Of a stretch of 64,000 nucleotides of DNA, positions 22,732-35,623 are shown piece by piece. The stretch lies in NCBI GenBank assembly GCA_013265495.1, contig MU061814.1, positions 5,769,684-5,833,683 of the forward strand. The letters are read 5' to 3'. A program made the position numbers and the translations under genes. Numbering within the stretch: the first letter of the stretch is position 1; every line of letters starts with the position of its first letter. This DNA is from Vicugna vicugna. Lineage: Eukaryota. The notes under the pieces are model-generated. The model was given only the letters and a program-made list of their open reading frames with translations, was not told the DNA's origin and did no database searches.

Positions 22732-23978
22732 GTCCCCCGGGCCGCGCGGGCCGCTCCGTCCGCCGGGCCTGGCTCGGCCGCTCCTCCTGCCTGGCGCGGC
22801 GGCGGCTGCCCGGCCAGGAGCGAGGGGCTGTGGGCTCAGCGGCGCGGCCCCGCCCGGACCTGCCCGCCTCCAGCCGGCGAGGAGGAGGGGGAGGAGGGAA
22901 AGGAGGAGGGAGCAGGAGGGAGGGCGAGGACCGGAGGGGAGGAGGAGGGGGGACGGACCGCGAGCCGAGACGGGGCGCGGAGGCTGCGCTTGGCCCGCGC
23001 AGGGCAAAGTTTCCTTCGACCTCCCTAGGCTGGGGACGTGCCCGAGCCATGGGCGGGGACCACGTAATCACTGCGTGCTGCTGGGGGATCCCAGCGCGGA
23101 GTGGTTTGAGGATCCGGAGACACTGACCCCCGCCCCAGCCCCGCGCCCCGCCACCTTCCGGGAGGGAGGACGAACACCGAGGGACTCCGGGAGCGGGGCG
23201 GGGCTCCTGCAACGGTCTGGTTAACTTCGTCACCCCCACCCGGCTTTGCAATTTGGAAATTACCAGTCCCTCATGGTCTTCTCCAGCGAGGCCTTTAGGA
23301 CAGAGCCCACCCGCTATCAGCCTGTTCCCGGCGGACCACCGGGAAGCGTCCAGGGGAGCCTAGGCCCCGCGGCCCACCTTTCCTGGGCAAGGGAGGACCC
23401 TAACCCCCCCGCCCAGGGCGAAGCCGCCTCTTGCTGCCTCCGGGTCTGGCCTGGGCCAGGGTCCGCTGCCCCCACCTCTGCGCAGCCTGCGAGCCGGTGG
23501 GCTGCGCCAGCGTGAGCGCAGACCCCATCCCACGCGCGGTGGGCAGCGGCTGAGGGGCGGCCGCGGAAGGCCTCGGGCCCAGGTGACTGGAGGATAGACC
23601 CGCGGCGCCTCCGGACTAGTCTTGAACAGTATCAGCCGCGCGCGGTGACCTGGCAGGGGCTCCGCCCTCAGGTGGGTCGAGGTAGCCGCTGACCGAGCAG
23701 CAGGTGCTCAGAGGAGGGGGCGGGAGGGGCAGCTTTGTGCGGATGGAGCCACAGTCTGCGGTGCTCACAGGGCGCCACTCGGCGGGAACGTGGCACTCGC
23801 AACCATCCCTGCGCGCCTCCGGTGGGGAGCTCTGCAGGGGGACCAAGCCCAAAAGGGAGACTTCGGGTCTGGAATGCGGGTAGAGAAGCAGGGGCTGGAG
23901 CCATCGCCTCCTCAGCAGCTTCCATCAGCGATGCCCCTGCCCCTCCTTGTCTCCCCAGCCCCTGGCCCTCCCAGCTGG

Positions 23979-24183
23979 TCTCTCCCCATCTCCCCTGCCC
24001 CCCTCATCTCCCTTCACTCCACCTCTATTCCCCTCCCATCTCCCTTCTCCCCATCTCCCTCCCCCTCCCATCTCCCTTCCCCTCCCCATCTCCCTGCCCT
24101 CCCCACCTCCCTGCCTCCTTCTCCCTGCTCCCATCTCCCTGCCCCCCATCTCCCTGCCCCTCCCCACCTCCCTGCCCCTCCTC
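23979..24183. repeat. Polypyrimidine tandem repeat, core CCCATCTCCCTKCCC
   Basis: Roughly 10-12 imperfect copies; almost pure C/T strand. Confidence 0.85.
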
Positions 24184-24394
24184 CAGTGCTCCTGCACTCT
24201 GGCCCCAGGTCTAGCTCATCACACCTCACACACAATCGCTCTGAGGCCTCTAGGGCTCTGCTCACAGGAGCTCTCTGTCCACTCTTGGAGGTACCTACAA
24301 ATAGAGCTTTCAAAATGCTTGGTCCTGAGCAGTGCCCAGTCTCAACAGTGAAGGTGGGTCACTCCCTGTCCAAGTTGCTGGCCCAGGCCATTGA

Positions 24395-24510
24395 GCCACG
24401 TGGATGCAGCTCCCACAGCATCCCTGTGAGGTGGGCTCTTTTGTTACCCATGGGGCCCAATGAGGAAATGGACGGACAGAGGGGTTATGCCACCTGCCAA
24501 GGTGATGCAT
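24395..24510. mobile_element. MIR fragment
   Basis: cacagcatccctgtgaggtggg...aatgaggaaatggacggacagagggg...gccaaggt. Confidence 0.6.
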
Positions 24511-26100
24511 TTAGTACCGGGGTTCCAGCTGGGCCGTCTGGCCTCAGGGTCTGCACCCTGACCCCTCCAGACTGAGGGAGAGCATGTCCTGGCCTGTGCC
24601 TCTACAGATTTAACCTGGTGCCACTCTACAGTCTGCCCTTTCCTGGAGCCAGGAGGCCTGCCCTGGGGAAGACCACTAGACCACAGGGCCCCAGCCCCTG
24701 GCCCTCTCTTGGACCACCCCACAGGCACAGAGCCTGCTCTGGTCTGTGACCTACTTCTGCAGGCAGTCCCCCTCTCACTCCCTCCTTCTTTTCACCCCTA
24801 CCCCGGTGCCAGATCCTGAGCTCCTCACATTCTTAAGCCCTTTCCCTGAGCCAGATAAGTACCAGGAGCCAGAAGTCCTCTAAGCTGAAAAGTTGGACTG
24901 AACCATGAGCTGGTGAACAGGCCCTGCCCACGGCTCAGTGGGTGCAGGGGGGTGAGGAGGGCAACCCCGACCCCCGCGTCTCTCCTGGACCACTCCTCCC
25001 CACGCAGCAGGCAAAAGCCTGTCTTCCCCAGGGCCCTTGCCACATGAGGTCCAGAACCTGCCAAGGGCCCTGGCAGGGAAGGGACCAGGCAAGGGGATGA
25101 GCCCTGGTGACTCCCTGAGGGGTTCTCTGTCTGTCGTGATGAGAGGGCCCCTGCTCTGCGCTGTCCCAGAGCAGGATGGCACCTGGCTTGCTGGTCGGCT
25201 GGATGGATTTGACATTCTTCTCCTAGTGATAAAGGCCGATCACATTCCAGGTCCCATCTGGAGCTTCCTCCAAGGATCTCAGCGTCTCCGTGAAGCGGAG
25301 GTCAGCATTACCTTCTCTGGGGAGCTAGGAAGACGAGGTATGAACAGTTGTCACTGGCTGTGATAAGGCAATCCCATCACCCTGTGGCATTCTCCACACA
25401 TTCCAAATGGGGATGCTCCCTCATACCTCTGCCTCCAGGCTCATCTCTCGGGACTTGTTAAACCTGGGCCCTCCTGCCAATGTTAAAGGCTGGAGTAAGA
25501 GGAGAGAGGGGGCCAACCTGTGAAGGCTTCCTGGAGGAAGGGGCATACAGGAATTCAGCCCCGGGGGACTATGGATGTCCACTCATAGCCCTGCACAGGG
25601 AATCACCTGGGGAGTCTGCTTAAGTCCCAGACTTTGGCACCCCCACCTCAGGGACTATTCAGCCCCGGCCGAGGCCCCCCTCCACGCAAGCCCAAGGCAG
25701 GAGGCCTTAGACTGAGAGCTGAGTTGGCCCAAGGACTCATACAGAGGATCAGGCCAGGCCCCCAGTCCTGGCAGGGCTGGGACCCTGGGGTCCTGGCCTG
25801 GGCCGGGTGCTGGCATTTCCCTGGGACAGTGTCTGAACAGGGCTCTCAGCAGGAGCCTGCACCCGCTCACAGGCCAGGTCCACCTGCCTCCCTTCCCTGC
25901 ACTCTGGTCACAGTGACAGTCGAGAAGATGGCTCTCAACAGCTGTTCCCACAGGAGAGTTCAGCCAGAGAGCCCTGCCTCCCCGTGTCTCCTGGCGCTAG
26001 AGGCCAGGCTGGGGTTAGCACCGGCGCTGGAGGCTCCTGCGGACACAGCAGAGCACACGCTCACACACATCTGTCCTGACTTGTTTGGCCTTCCCTGCAG

Positions 26101-26134
26101 ATTTGCTAATGCAGCAAGATTAATTAATTTGCAT
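26101..26134. promoter_or_regulatory. POU octamer / homeodomain motif cluster
   Basis: ATTTGCAT at 26127-26134 overlapping the palindrome ATTAATTAAT; ATTTGCTAAT at 26101. Confidence 0.5.
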
Positions 26135-27430
26135 GGTCGTCCCTCCCCACCTGCGCCCGGCTGAAGAATACTCTTTGCAGGAACCTAATAATCACTGTAG
26201 CCACTGAATTAGATTCTTACTCCAGGTCACTAAGCCCCTCCCTCTGGCTGCTCCGGAAACTGCTGCTTCAGAGGAAAGGAAAACCCCCAATTCACAAAGG
26301 AGACAAGCTTTAGGGGGCAGCCCCTCCATGTTCCCGTGCTGAGTCCTGGAGCCTTTGTGGCAGGGCTGATGTCCTCTGAGGAGACCTTGGGTGGGGGCCG
26401 AGGAGAGGTGGAACAGGCTCCTTGAAGACCCCTCCCCACACGCCCCCCAGCCCGCCTCAAAAAAAAACCCCCCACGCCCCCAACCCCGCCAATGCCAGGC
26501 CGCTGGCTGAAACGGAAATTCATCTCAGCAGGACCGGCCTCCCTCTCCCTCGCTGCCCTCACCACCCTCCACCCTGTCCCAAGGACATTTCCATGGTAAC
26601 CAGTTGTCGGGATAACCGGGGATTTGAATCAAAGGTGGGAGCTTAGGCTGGGGTGGGGGCGTCAGGAGGCAGACCTGGAAGAGGCAGCAGGGTGGGCCTG
26701 GGAGGGGACCCGAGGGGGCTCCTCAGCACCAGGGCCCATTGGGGCTTCAGTGACCCACGTGAGCCCAGGAGCAGGGCTGTGAGCCCAGCCGGCCAGGCAC
26801 AGGGGTCCTGCCTGTGCCCCTCCCACACGGCCACCGAACCCCACACCCTCAGGCTGAGAGGCCCAGATGTTTGGGGCTGGCCCTGGGCCTTAGGCAGATG
26901 CTACCTAGGAGGGAGGAGTGACAGCCATGCTGGGTTAGCAAGGGCATGGACGGTGGGACCTGGGGAGGTTTCAGAGGCTGTCACTTCCTCCTCATCCTTT
27001 CCCATCATCCGTCAGGAATGGAGCTGGAGCGAATTTAGTGCTGTTGCCTCCCTGGGCCTGGCAGGACCACCCTACCCTCCCTTGGGTCGGGGGTCATGCC
27101 CACCCCTGAAGCACCCCCTCAGCCGGTCCTGTGGTGGGACCCCCCACCCCATGCTCAGGGGACCCCGCCACCCCCGAGCCCCAGGCTGGCTCAGGCTGCC
27201 CTCTCTCTGGGGCTGTTAGGAAGATCCTGGCCTGGCCTTGGGATCGAATCCCTCAGCAGGAGTCCTGGTCCAGCACACACTACCAGTGAGGCCCCAAGGG
27301 AGAAGCACTGTGTCTAGTCCTCAGGTCACCCTGACCACTACATGGGAACAAGTATTGTCCTGGGCCAGAGGACTCCTGGGCCACCTACCCAGGCTGGCCC
27401 CCTCCCAGATCTCCCAGCGGCCTCCCTGCT

Positions 27431-27451
27431 CTCAGCACCACGGACAGCTCC
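27431..27451 (+). promoter_or_regulatory. RE1/NRSE (REST-binding site)
   Basis: CTCAGCACCACGGACAGCTCC versus consensus TTCAGCACCACGGACAGCGCC (19/21). Confidence 0.8.
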
Positions 27452-28385
27452 CCCGCTCCACCACTCCAGCCTCCTGCGACCAAATGCCTTCCCTGGGCCT
27501 CTTGGGAGGAAGCCCATCTTTGAGTTCCTGTCTTTGCCCATTTCTTTTAGCAAAAGTTTTGAGAGCCACCAAGTGCAGGAGGAATGTGAGAACTGGGGCC
27601 ATTTCTCCAAAGAGGACGTGTGCTGGTCGTTCCCCATTTGCAGATGCTTCCAGCCAGGCCCCTTATATAGATGTCCCTGCTGCCCAGCTGGTGGCCACAG
27701 AGATGCTGCGATGAGGGGTGGGTGGGGGAGAGGGTGGCTGCGAGGCCTCGCGATCTAAAAATCATCAAATGCTTTGCTTGCAGGGGGAGGGAGAGTGGAC
27801 AGTAGCTCAGAGGAAGCAAAGAGCTGGCCCTCCCCAAGTCACTGGCAATTCATCCTCCAAGGTCTAGACTTAAGCCATGAACCGGAGCTGTGCTGTGCCA
27901 AGCTCAGGGCCTGCTGCCCCAGCAGCTTTCCTCCTGGCCAGCGTCCTTGACGTCCCACAGCCCTGGCCTGGAGGAATGTGCTGTCTACAGCCAGGGCTGC
28001 TCACAGGGGCCCTTCCTGCCAGGGCTGTGCAGGGCCCCCCCACCTGGAGCCAGTCTGGCTGGGGCTCAGCCCTGCTCCCCGAACGTCAAGAGCACCCAGC
28101 CACAGCGGGGCTTTGTCCTCCGACACCAGGCAGCACCTTTTTAGAAGGTATTGATCTGCCTCTGGCCGGCCTCCATTTTCACAGCTCCACGCGCCTCCGC
28201 CCCGCCCCCCACCTCTGCTCACCAGTTAATTATCTGTAAACACGCTCCTGAGGAGGGCAAAACGCTCTGCAGGGTGAGGAAGCGGCTGGGGAGGTGAGCT
28301 CCCTGGCCCTCGAGTCTGTTCCCAGGTCTTCCTTCCACTGGCCCAGCCAGCACGTGGGCGCCTAGGTGGCCCTGCCAGCAGCACC

Positions 28386-28450
28386 TCTCTGAGCCTCCAT
28401 TTCCCTAGCTGTTACATGAGGTAGTAACTGTCCCAGGTCATGGGGTGGGT
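28386..28450. mobile_element. MIR fragment
   Basis: ctctgagcctccatttccctagctgttacatgaggtagtaac. Confidence 0.55.
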
Positions 28451-28564
28451 GTGTTGGGGGGCTGGCTGGTTTCTGGCATCTGCTGCTAAAATTACTCTCA
28501 ATAACCTCTTGACAATAGCTTATCTCTCAGGGGAGGGTCCTGTGCCGAAAGCTGAGAGCTAGAA

Positions 28565-28628
28565 GAGGGGTCACAACTCAGGTGCCCAGAGTCCCAGAGG
28601 GGTCACAACTCAGGTGCCCAGAGTCCCA
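28565..28628. repeat. Perfect 32-bp tandem duplication
   Basis: gaggggtcacaactcaggtgcccagagtccca x2. Confidence 0.95.
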
Positions 28629-31600
28629 GTTCAGGGCCCCCGGGGCCAGGCCAGCTGCGGTGCAGACACAGGGCCTTCTCCTTGCCACCTGTGGGCCCTG
28701 CCACCTGCCCCAGGGCCTGCAGAGTGTCCCAGGGCATCCCTCCCGATTCGGGGACTGAGGACCCCCACACGGGGCTCCGCCCCCCGTGGCCTAACCCAGC
28801 ACCAGAGCAGCAGGTCTCCGGACGCCTGCCGGCCCCTCTGGCAGCCGCCCCAGAGGCAGACGTTAGGCTGTTTGTGAAGAATTATGTCCGGACAGGCCTT
28901 GGGCACAGAAAAGCCCTTTGTCCCAGCCGGCTGGCCACCTGAGCCCTCCGGCCATCTGGAGGATCAATATGGCTCCAGCCTGGAAGACCGGAGGGTCAGC
29001 GTCCCTCAGAGGAGGGGTCAGAGAGGGAGGACAGGGCCATGCTGAGTCGCTCTTCTGTGGACGGAGGGCAGCACCAGTGGGGGACTTAGTGACCTTCCAA
29101 GGGGAATGCTGAGCCCTCCTGGAAAGTCCTCCTCTTTCTCCTTCACCTCTGAGTCACCTCACCCTCCCTCGGGGTCCCTGAACCTGACCCCTGCAGAGAC
29201 GGGAGACCCTGCGGCCGGCCAGGCGCCCCTGAGCCAGTGCCAGTGCCTTCCCAGGGCTCCTCCTGCAGGATGCGGCCGGGCCCCAAGCTGCTGCTCCTGT
29301 TTGGCTGCCACACGTCTGGACAACCTGACGCTGGCAACCCCGACACCCTGGGACCCGCCCTCTGTGAGCACAGCAGTGCATGTGGGGAGGCTGGCCTGAA
29401 ATCTCTGGTCGGGTGTCCGTCTCCCCCACCAGATCTAGAGCCCCTCAAGGCAGGTGGCTGCAGGACATCCCGGAGGAGGCACTGGGCAGGCATCCAGGCT
29501 GTCCTGCTCAGACCACTCTTGGCCGCTGCCCAGGGACCTCCAGGGCATGGAGGAGCCCCTCCTGGGGGTGGAAATCAGCCCTTGTGCCTCAGAAACTGGC
29601 CCCACTGAGGGAGGAGCGAACAGGCTGAGTTCACGCCTTCTGTGGCCCTGGACCTGGCCTGCTCTGCCCAGTTCCAGCCCCGTCTCTGTGGCCAGCTGTC
29701 CTGCCCAGGAGGGAACCCGGCAGGGAAGGCAGAACCTGGACATCCAGCAGCCCGCCTGCATCCCGGGAAGGGGGCACTGCGACAGGCACTCCAGTCCCCA
29801 GGCCCAGGGCTGATTCCAGAGAGTGGAGGCTCCCTGAGCCAGCGGCTGGACGTTCAAATCAGCACCCTCCTGGGGAAGCGTGTGGGGCAGGCCCTCCTCA
29901 GGCGTGCTCGGTGTCCTCCACCCTGCGGGGGAGGCCGCTCCTGCACCATGGCCTGCAGCTCAGGAGCCTTCAGCAAACCAGGGCGCCGCTCCCCGTGCTG
30001 GCTGGAGGACACCCATGGAGGAGGCTGCTGACCCTGTCCTCGTGGGACACCCAGGCGCTCGAGATGCACCTCTACCAGGTCCTGGAGGCTCTGCAGGACT
30101 CCAGGTCTCGGCCCTTACTGACCACCAGCTGGTTTAGACCCAACACAGGTGCCTGTGCGGTCTGCCCTCCGCCCTGCGGGGGAGGGGAGGAGCACTGCTC
30201 CTCCGGGCCTCTGAGCCCATCTCTTCAGGGCTGGGGAGGTGGGGAGAAAGGGGGCTCATTTGCAGCGTTGGGTGCTTATCAATTTACTGCATGTTCTAAT
30301 GTCTGCTGTACCAGATCAATGGTGACCACATCCAGGGTGGCCCTATTACCCTGTCACTCCCACAAAGACACAGCTGGGGTCATTCGGCCAAGGAGGGGGC
30401 CGGGCCGCCGGACCCCGAGTCCAAGGCCCTCCACAGCGTCACAGCTCCTCGACACCCCTTTTCCCAGAATCCCATGTCCCTGTCAGTCAAGCCTTGTGCT
30501 GCCCCAGCTCACCGTCCTCCCAGGATGTGTCAGGGGCTGAATGCTCGGGAGGGCTCGGGGGACCCAGCTCTGCTTCCTGTTGACAAAGGCACGTCTGCAA
30601 ATAGCTCCTTTCAGTTCCAAAGCCCAGGAGGCGGGAGCCAACACAGCAGCGCCAGCCCGGCCCCCGCTACCTGGGCAAGGCTGCAGGCTCATGAGTATTC
30701 GCAGCGGCTTCCCAGTTATCTCGAATTAAGCCAACCCAGCTTGCCTTGCAGGCTCCAGTCCCTCCACTTTCTGCCCCCTCTCCGCGACCTTCCTTTTCCT
30801 CCCAGTCCCTCGAGACGTGGCGGGCGGGGGCTGCCTCAGCCTCACTCCCCGTGCCTGGGCAGGGCCAGTATCTGGGCTGTCCTGGTGCCAGCACCCCATT
30901 CCAGCTCATTCTCTCCAGCACTTGACACGTCCCTGGCCTGTTCTCAGGGAGGCCCTGGACCTTGTCCCAGTCCCGGGTGGAGATAATTACCCTGACGTCC
31001 GTTTGCAGAGTTTAAATACGTTTTCTCAGCATCGAAAACATAGATTTGGCTGTGGCGCTTTATGGGGGTAGGGGGTTGCATCCTTGTTTGGCCCAGCCCC
31101 ACGGGACAGCGTCTCCACCACTGAGGGGCTCGGCGGCTCCTTCTACTCCAGCAACCAGCGCCGAGCGCGGCATGGACCGCACGTACCTGGGACCTGGTTC
31201 TCAGAATCTGCCCTGGGGGAGGGTCGCCCCTGCCCCCACGAGCCCTGTGCTGGCCCTTCCTGCTGCCATGCCTGCAGGCTCCTTCCAGGGGCAGGGGGCT
31301 GGGGCACCAGGAGGCAGGAGGGAGCCTGCCCTAGACTCCCCACCTGTGCGGAGGTGCTGCAGAGTGATGCAGGTTTGGAAGGTCTGGAAGGTTTGAAAGC
31401 CCCCGTCCTGACCTCACTCAGAGCAGCAGCATCCGTCTCTGTAAAAACAGCCTCACGGGCGCCGGAGCTGAGGTGAGCTGGCCACACAGCAGGAATGCAG
31501 GACCCTCAGAACAGGCTGCCATCTGGCCGCCAGGAACCCAGGGGGCCATTGCCCTGCAAACATCCCACTCCACCCAGCAAACCCCTCCTGGAACATGGCA

Positions 31601-34600
31601 GGCCCCCGTGGAAGCTGGAAGATGCAGGCCCCGCACCTTTGCCCTCAGGCGGCTGCCGCTGTGATGCAGGCCGGGTGAGGGGGGTACCGCCGGGGTCCCC
31701 CCAGGTCCAGGACATGGCGTCTCACATCACTGCTGGGCTCCTCCGGCCCAGGAGGGACAGTCAGATAGCAGTTGTACAGTTGGGCCAGGGTCTGTCTCCA
31801 CACACCCTGGGCCTGGAATCAGGGAGTCACCCCGCAACCCCCTGCTTCCCTGATGGTCACCTTCATGGAGTGACCAGCATGGGCAGAGCTCATGGTGAGG
31901 TGAGCCCGAGCGCTCTCTGACCCCACTGGCCAGGCAGCCTCTCCTCCAACGGCCCTGACAGCCCCTCATCCCCACACCCCATCCAGTGGGGCCTGCACCC
32001 CATTTCCGCAGACCCTGCTTGGGCTGAGAGGGGTGCATCTACCTTTAAGGTCACGGGCGAGGAGACCACAGCCACGTGCTGACCGCAGCCCTCGTCCATC
32101 CTCCAGCGAGATCTGCCTCCCAGAGCAGCCCCAGGTCCCCAGACCCTCAAGCATGGCCCCCGCCCCAGCAGCCTCCTCCTGCTGCAGACCCGACCTCAGC
32201 TGCGCCCGTGCAGGAAGCACTGCGTCCCAGCCACCATCTCCTGAGGCCTTCTTGCTGTCTCATCTCTGCCCGCTGCTGACCCGCACTGGCTCACTGAAGC
32301 CACTGACCGCATCTGGATAGGCCTGTCTGGAGGCACGTACATGTCCCTGTCTGTCCTCTGCTCCTGCCAGCACGTGCAGCCCCACTCCCTCCCGGAGACC
32401 CCTGTTGCTGCCTCCCTCTCTGTGGGCGCAGCCTGGTGGGGGAGAGGGAAACTGAAAAGAGCCCGTCTTCAGAATCAGGCCTGAGAGCGACTCCAGGGAG
32501 ATGAGGGACAGGCTGGGCAGACGCTAGCCAAGGGCTGGACAGGCTGGGCAGGGGCTCCGCCAGGGAGAGCCTGGGGTCTAAAGGCCGAGGCCACCACAAG
32601 GTCCAGGGCTCAGGGAGAGGCCTGCCCTCCCCACTTTGGGCAAATCCTTTCAGCTTCCAGTGGAGGCATCACCGCAGGCCCATGGCTGGCCTTTCAGTGG
32701 TGACCACAGCAGGGGAGGGAGGGCTTGCCAGGCTCCAGAACTTAGAACCTCAAGGGTCGGGCGAATCCACAGTTTTGCTTGTTAAAGCCAAAAGACCTTT
32801 CAAAATTCAGGTCCAGAGGAAGGGCCCGCCACGTGTCCATCCCCCTGTTCCCTGGAATTAGGGGTCGCCAGGTTCTCAGGCTGCACACCTGAAGGACGTG
32901 GAGAGACCCAGAGCCCTGCAGGTGGGAGGTGCAGGCTGGAGGTGGGTTTCTGAGCCCAAGAGCTCAGGCCCAGGCCTCCCCAGAGGAGGAGCTCCCTGTC
33001 TGTCCTCCTCCAAGTCAAACTTCCGCCCAAGGAAGCAGACCTGGAGCAGGTGCTGCCAGGGCAAGGGTGGGGTAGGGGCGGGGCCCCAGGGCAGGCCACA
33101 CCCCTCCTCCCTGGCAGCCCACCCTCTCCTTGGAGCTGAATCCTCAGCCGTGCACAGTTAGGGCATTAGGTCACAGCAGCCCCTGCCTCCCCACCCGGAC
33201 ACAACCAGAGGCTGAGCAGGGCGCCCCACTCCAGGCCGCTCTGGTCCCACTTCTCCCCGCCTGCCTCTCCGCTGGGGACCCACCCCCCAGGCCAGCTCAG
33301 ATGGACACAGGTGGGCACTGCAGGCCACATGTTTTGAGCCCAGGAGGAAAGACCAGCTCCTGGGCCTCACCCCACAGACCACCCGTGGGCCAGAGGTGGA
33401 GCCTGGGAGATACAGATTTAAAGGAAACACCCAGGGTGGTGCCAAGGGAGAGACGTCAGCACCATAGCCGAGACCACTGTCCCCGAGGCCCAGGTTCGAG
33501 TCCAGCCCTCAGAGAAAGGTAACCCAGGCTGAGCTCCCTCATTAGCAGCCTGGGCTGAAAGCTGTGCTTAGCCCTCGACTCACCCTGCGTGCTCTGCAGC
33601 CGGTGCCCCCCCAGGGTCCTGCCATCCACCCAGCGTCACCCTTAGCAGGAACAGCGTCAGAACCAGCCCAGGTGCAGGACTGCGTGAGCCAGACACCCAC
33701 AGGCGGCTAGGGGGGGCCTTTCTGGACGAGCGACCTTTGGTCAAACACGTTTGTGGATCCTGACTGAAGAAATCAGCGCTTTCCTTCGACCAGACGTCTC
33801 AGAGCTGCCACCCTGCTGAGCTCCTCGTGACCCCCGCCCCGGCTGTGGTCTGCATGCCACCCATGCTAATGGGAATGCAGAGCTGGGGCCGTGGGGCCAC
33901 GGAGTCCCCTCGGAAGGGGCTGGACGTTGAGGCTGTGATAACAGTGGTTCTGGTTCTGCCCCGGATCCAGGAGGCACATCATGGGCCTAGGACTCCTGGG
34001 GCCCCCAGGCCAAGACTTCTCCAGGGTCCAAGGAGGGCTCCAGGCTCTGGTCCCCACACATCCGCCAGCACCTGCGCTGCGCTCTCAGCCACCCCTCCTC
34101 ATGTCCCCCCCCTCCCCCTTAGAAGCGGTCCTCAAAATGTGAAATTTGGGTGTTCCACCCAGCCAGCTTCCCCATGCGTTCTGCAAGGGCCGGCAGAGGA
34201 GGCAGTGTTGGCCTGGGGCCCCGCCCAGGCCCCATCTCAGCCCCGCTTCTATCGCGGGCCCCCAGCCCGCCCAGCTCCGCATTGGATGGGATGGCGTGAG
34301 CATCACCCTAACCTCCCGAGACTCGGATCTTGGGAGGACACCGCCCCCGCCCAGAGTAAGGAGGCCCGGGGCCTGGCCTGGAGGAGGCAACCTTGGGTGA
34401 CCTTGCCCGCGAAGGCCTGGGGGTCTGGCTCCTCTCGCACTGTTATGATTTAAAGCTGATGGGTCAGGGCAGAGAAGGACAACACGGGAAGGTCAGAGGC
34501 GGCACCTTCGGTGGGAACGTTCAGTCACCCTCCACAGTCTGCGAGTGCACTGTGTCCGGGGAGCAGACGGAGCGCAGCCCTGGGGACAGGCCCCGGGCCC

Positions 34601-35609
34601 GGGGGGGCTGGACAGACATCAGGGAGCTGGGGTCCTGGCAGGGAGGGCACCGGCCCGGGGGTGTCTCCGCAGGGTCCCAGCCCACAGAGCTTACAAACGG
34701 TCCACTTGAGCACAAAGAGGCCCCTCCCAGGCTCTCCCCCAGACCACCACAGCCCTGTCCAGGTGCTCTGGGGCCCTGCCCCCTTTAAACAGGGCAAAGC
34801 TACAAAGGATGCTTGCCTTTTGAAACCAGGTGGTGGGCAGGGCCAGGGGCAGGTGCGGGCTCCCCCTGCCCGTTACCACGGCAGTCCTGCGAGATGACCC
34901 CAGGCTGTTCCTGGGGAGGTGCGTTCCCCACCTTTGACCTGTGGGCTGAGGCCGCCGTGATGAGAGTCTCTGCTCCAACTACAGCGGGACGGCTGCCTCT
35001 TCCCTGGCGTCTGCCAGGGGCCCGCGCAGGCCAGGATGTGGCAGGGCTCTCCATGAGGCTGCGCCTGAAAGGGCCCTGCCCCACTGGCCCGGGGTGAGCT
35101 GGCAGGGCTTCGGCAGGGTAACGAAGCACCTCGAGTGCAGGGAGCTCGTGTGCTCGCGCGGAGGCCCGCCCGGTGCACCCCGGCAGCAGGCCTGGAGCCG
35201 CGGAGGACCCTCTCGGGGGTGGGTAGGGAGCCTGGCACCTGGACGCTTCAGCGTGTGGCCTCGCTGGCAGCCGGGGCACCCATGCTTCTCCAGCGCAGGC
35301 GTCTGTGCAGAGTTCCACGTGGGAGGTGGCAGGTGACCAGGCATCACCGCGGCTCTGTCCACACACATAGACCAGGGAGAAGACAGCGTGGCCTGAGCCC
35401 AAAGACGACAGCTTTGCTGAGGTTTTTACGAAGGAGGTGCCTGGTGAGGGCCAAGCTGAGTGACCTCGTGTGTGGGGTTTTCTCCTCCACCCCAGAGGGA
35501 CACTCTCCCCCGCCTCCTCCTCGCCCTGCTGGGCTCAAAAACTCATTCATCTTTCAGCAGCTCATCTGAGACCCTCCCCGGCCCATCCCCCAGCCCCCAG
35601 CCCGAGTGT

Positions 35610-35623
35610 GTCTCCATAGCAAC
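35610..35623. promoter_or_regulatory. RFX X-box motif
   Basis: GTCTCCATAGCAAC. Confidence 0.45.

Noticed and set aside
30855-34770. Partial RE1-like strings (ctgtcctggtgcc near 30877, ctgtccaggtgct near 34755)
   Set aside because: Wrong half-site spacing and several mismatches
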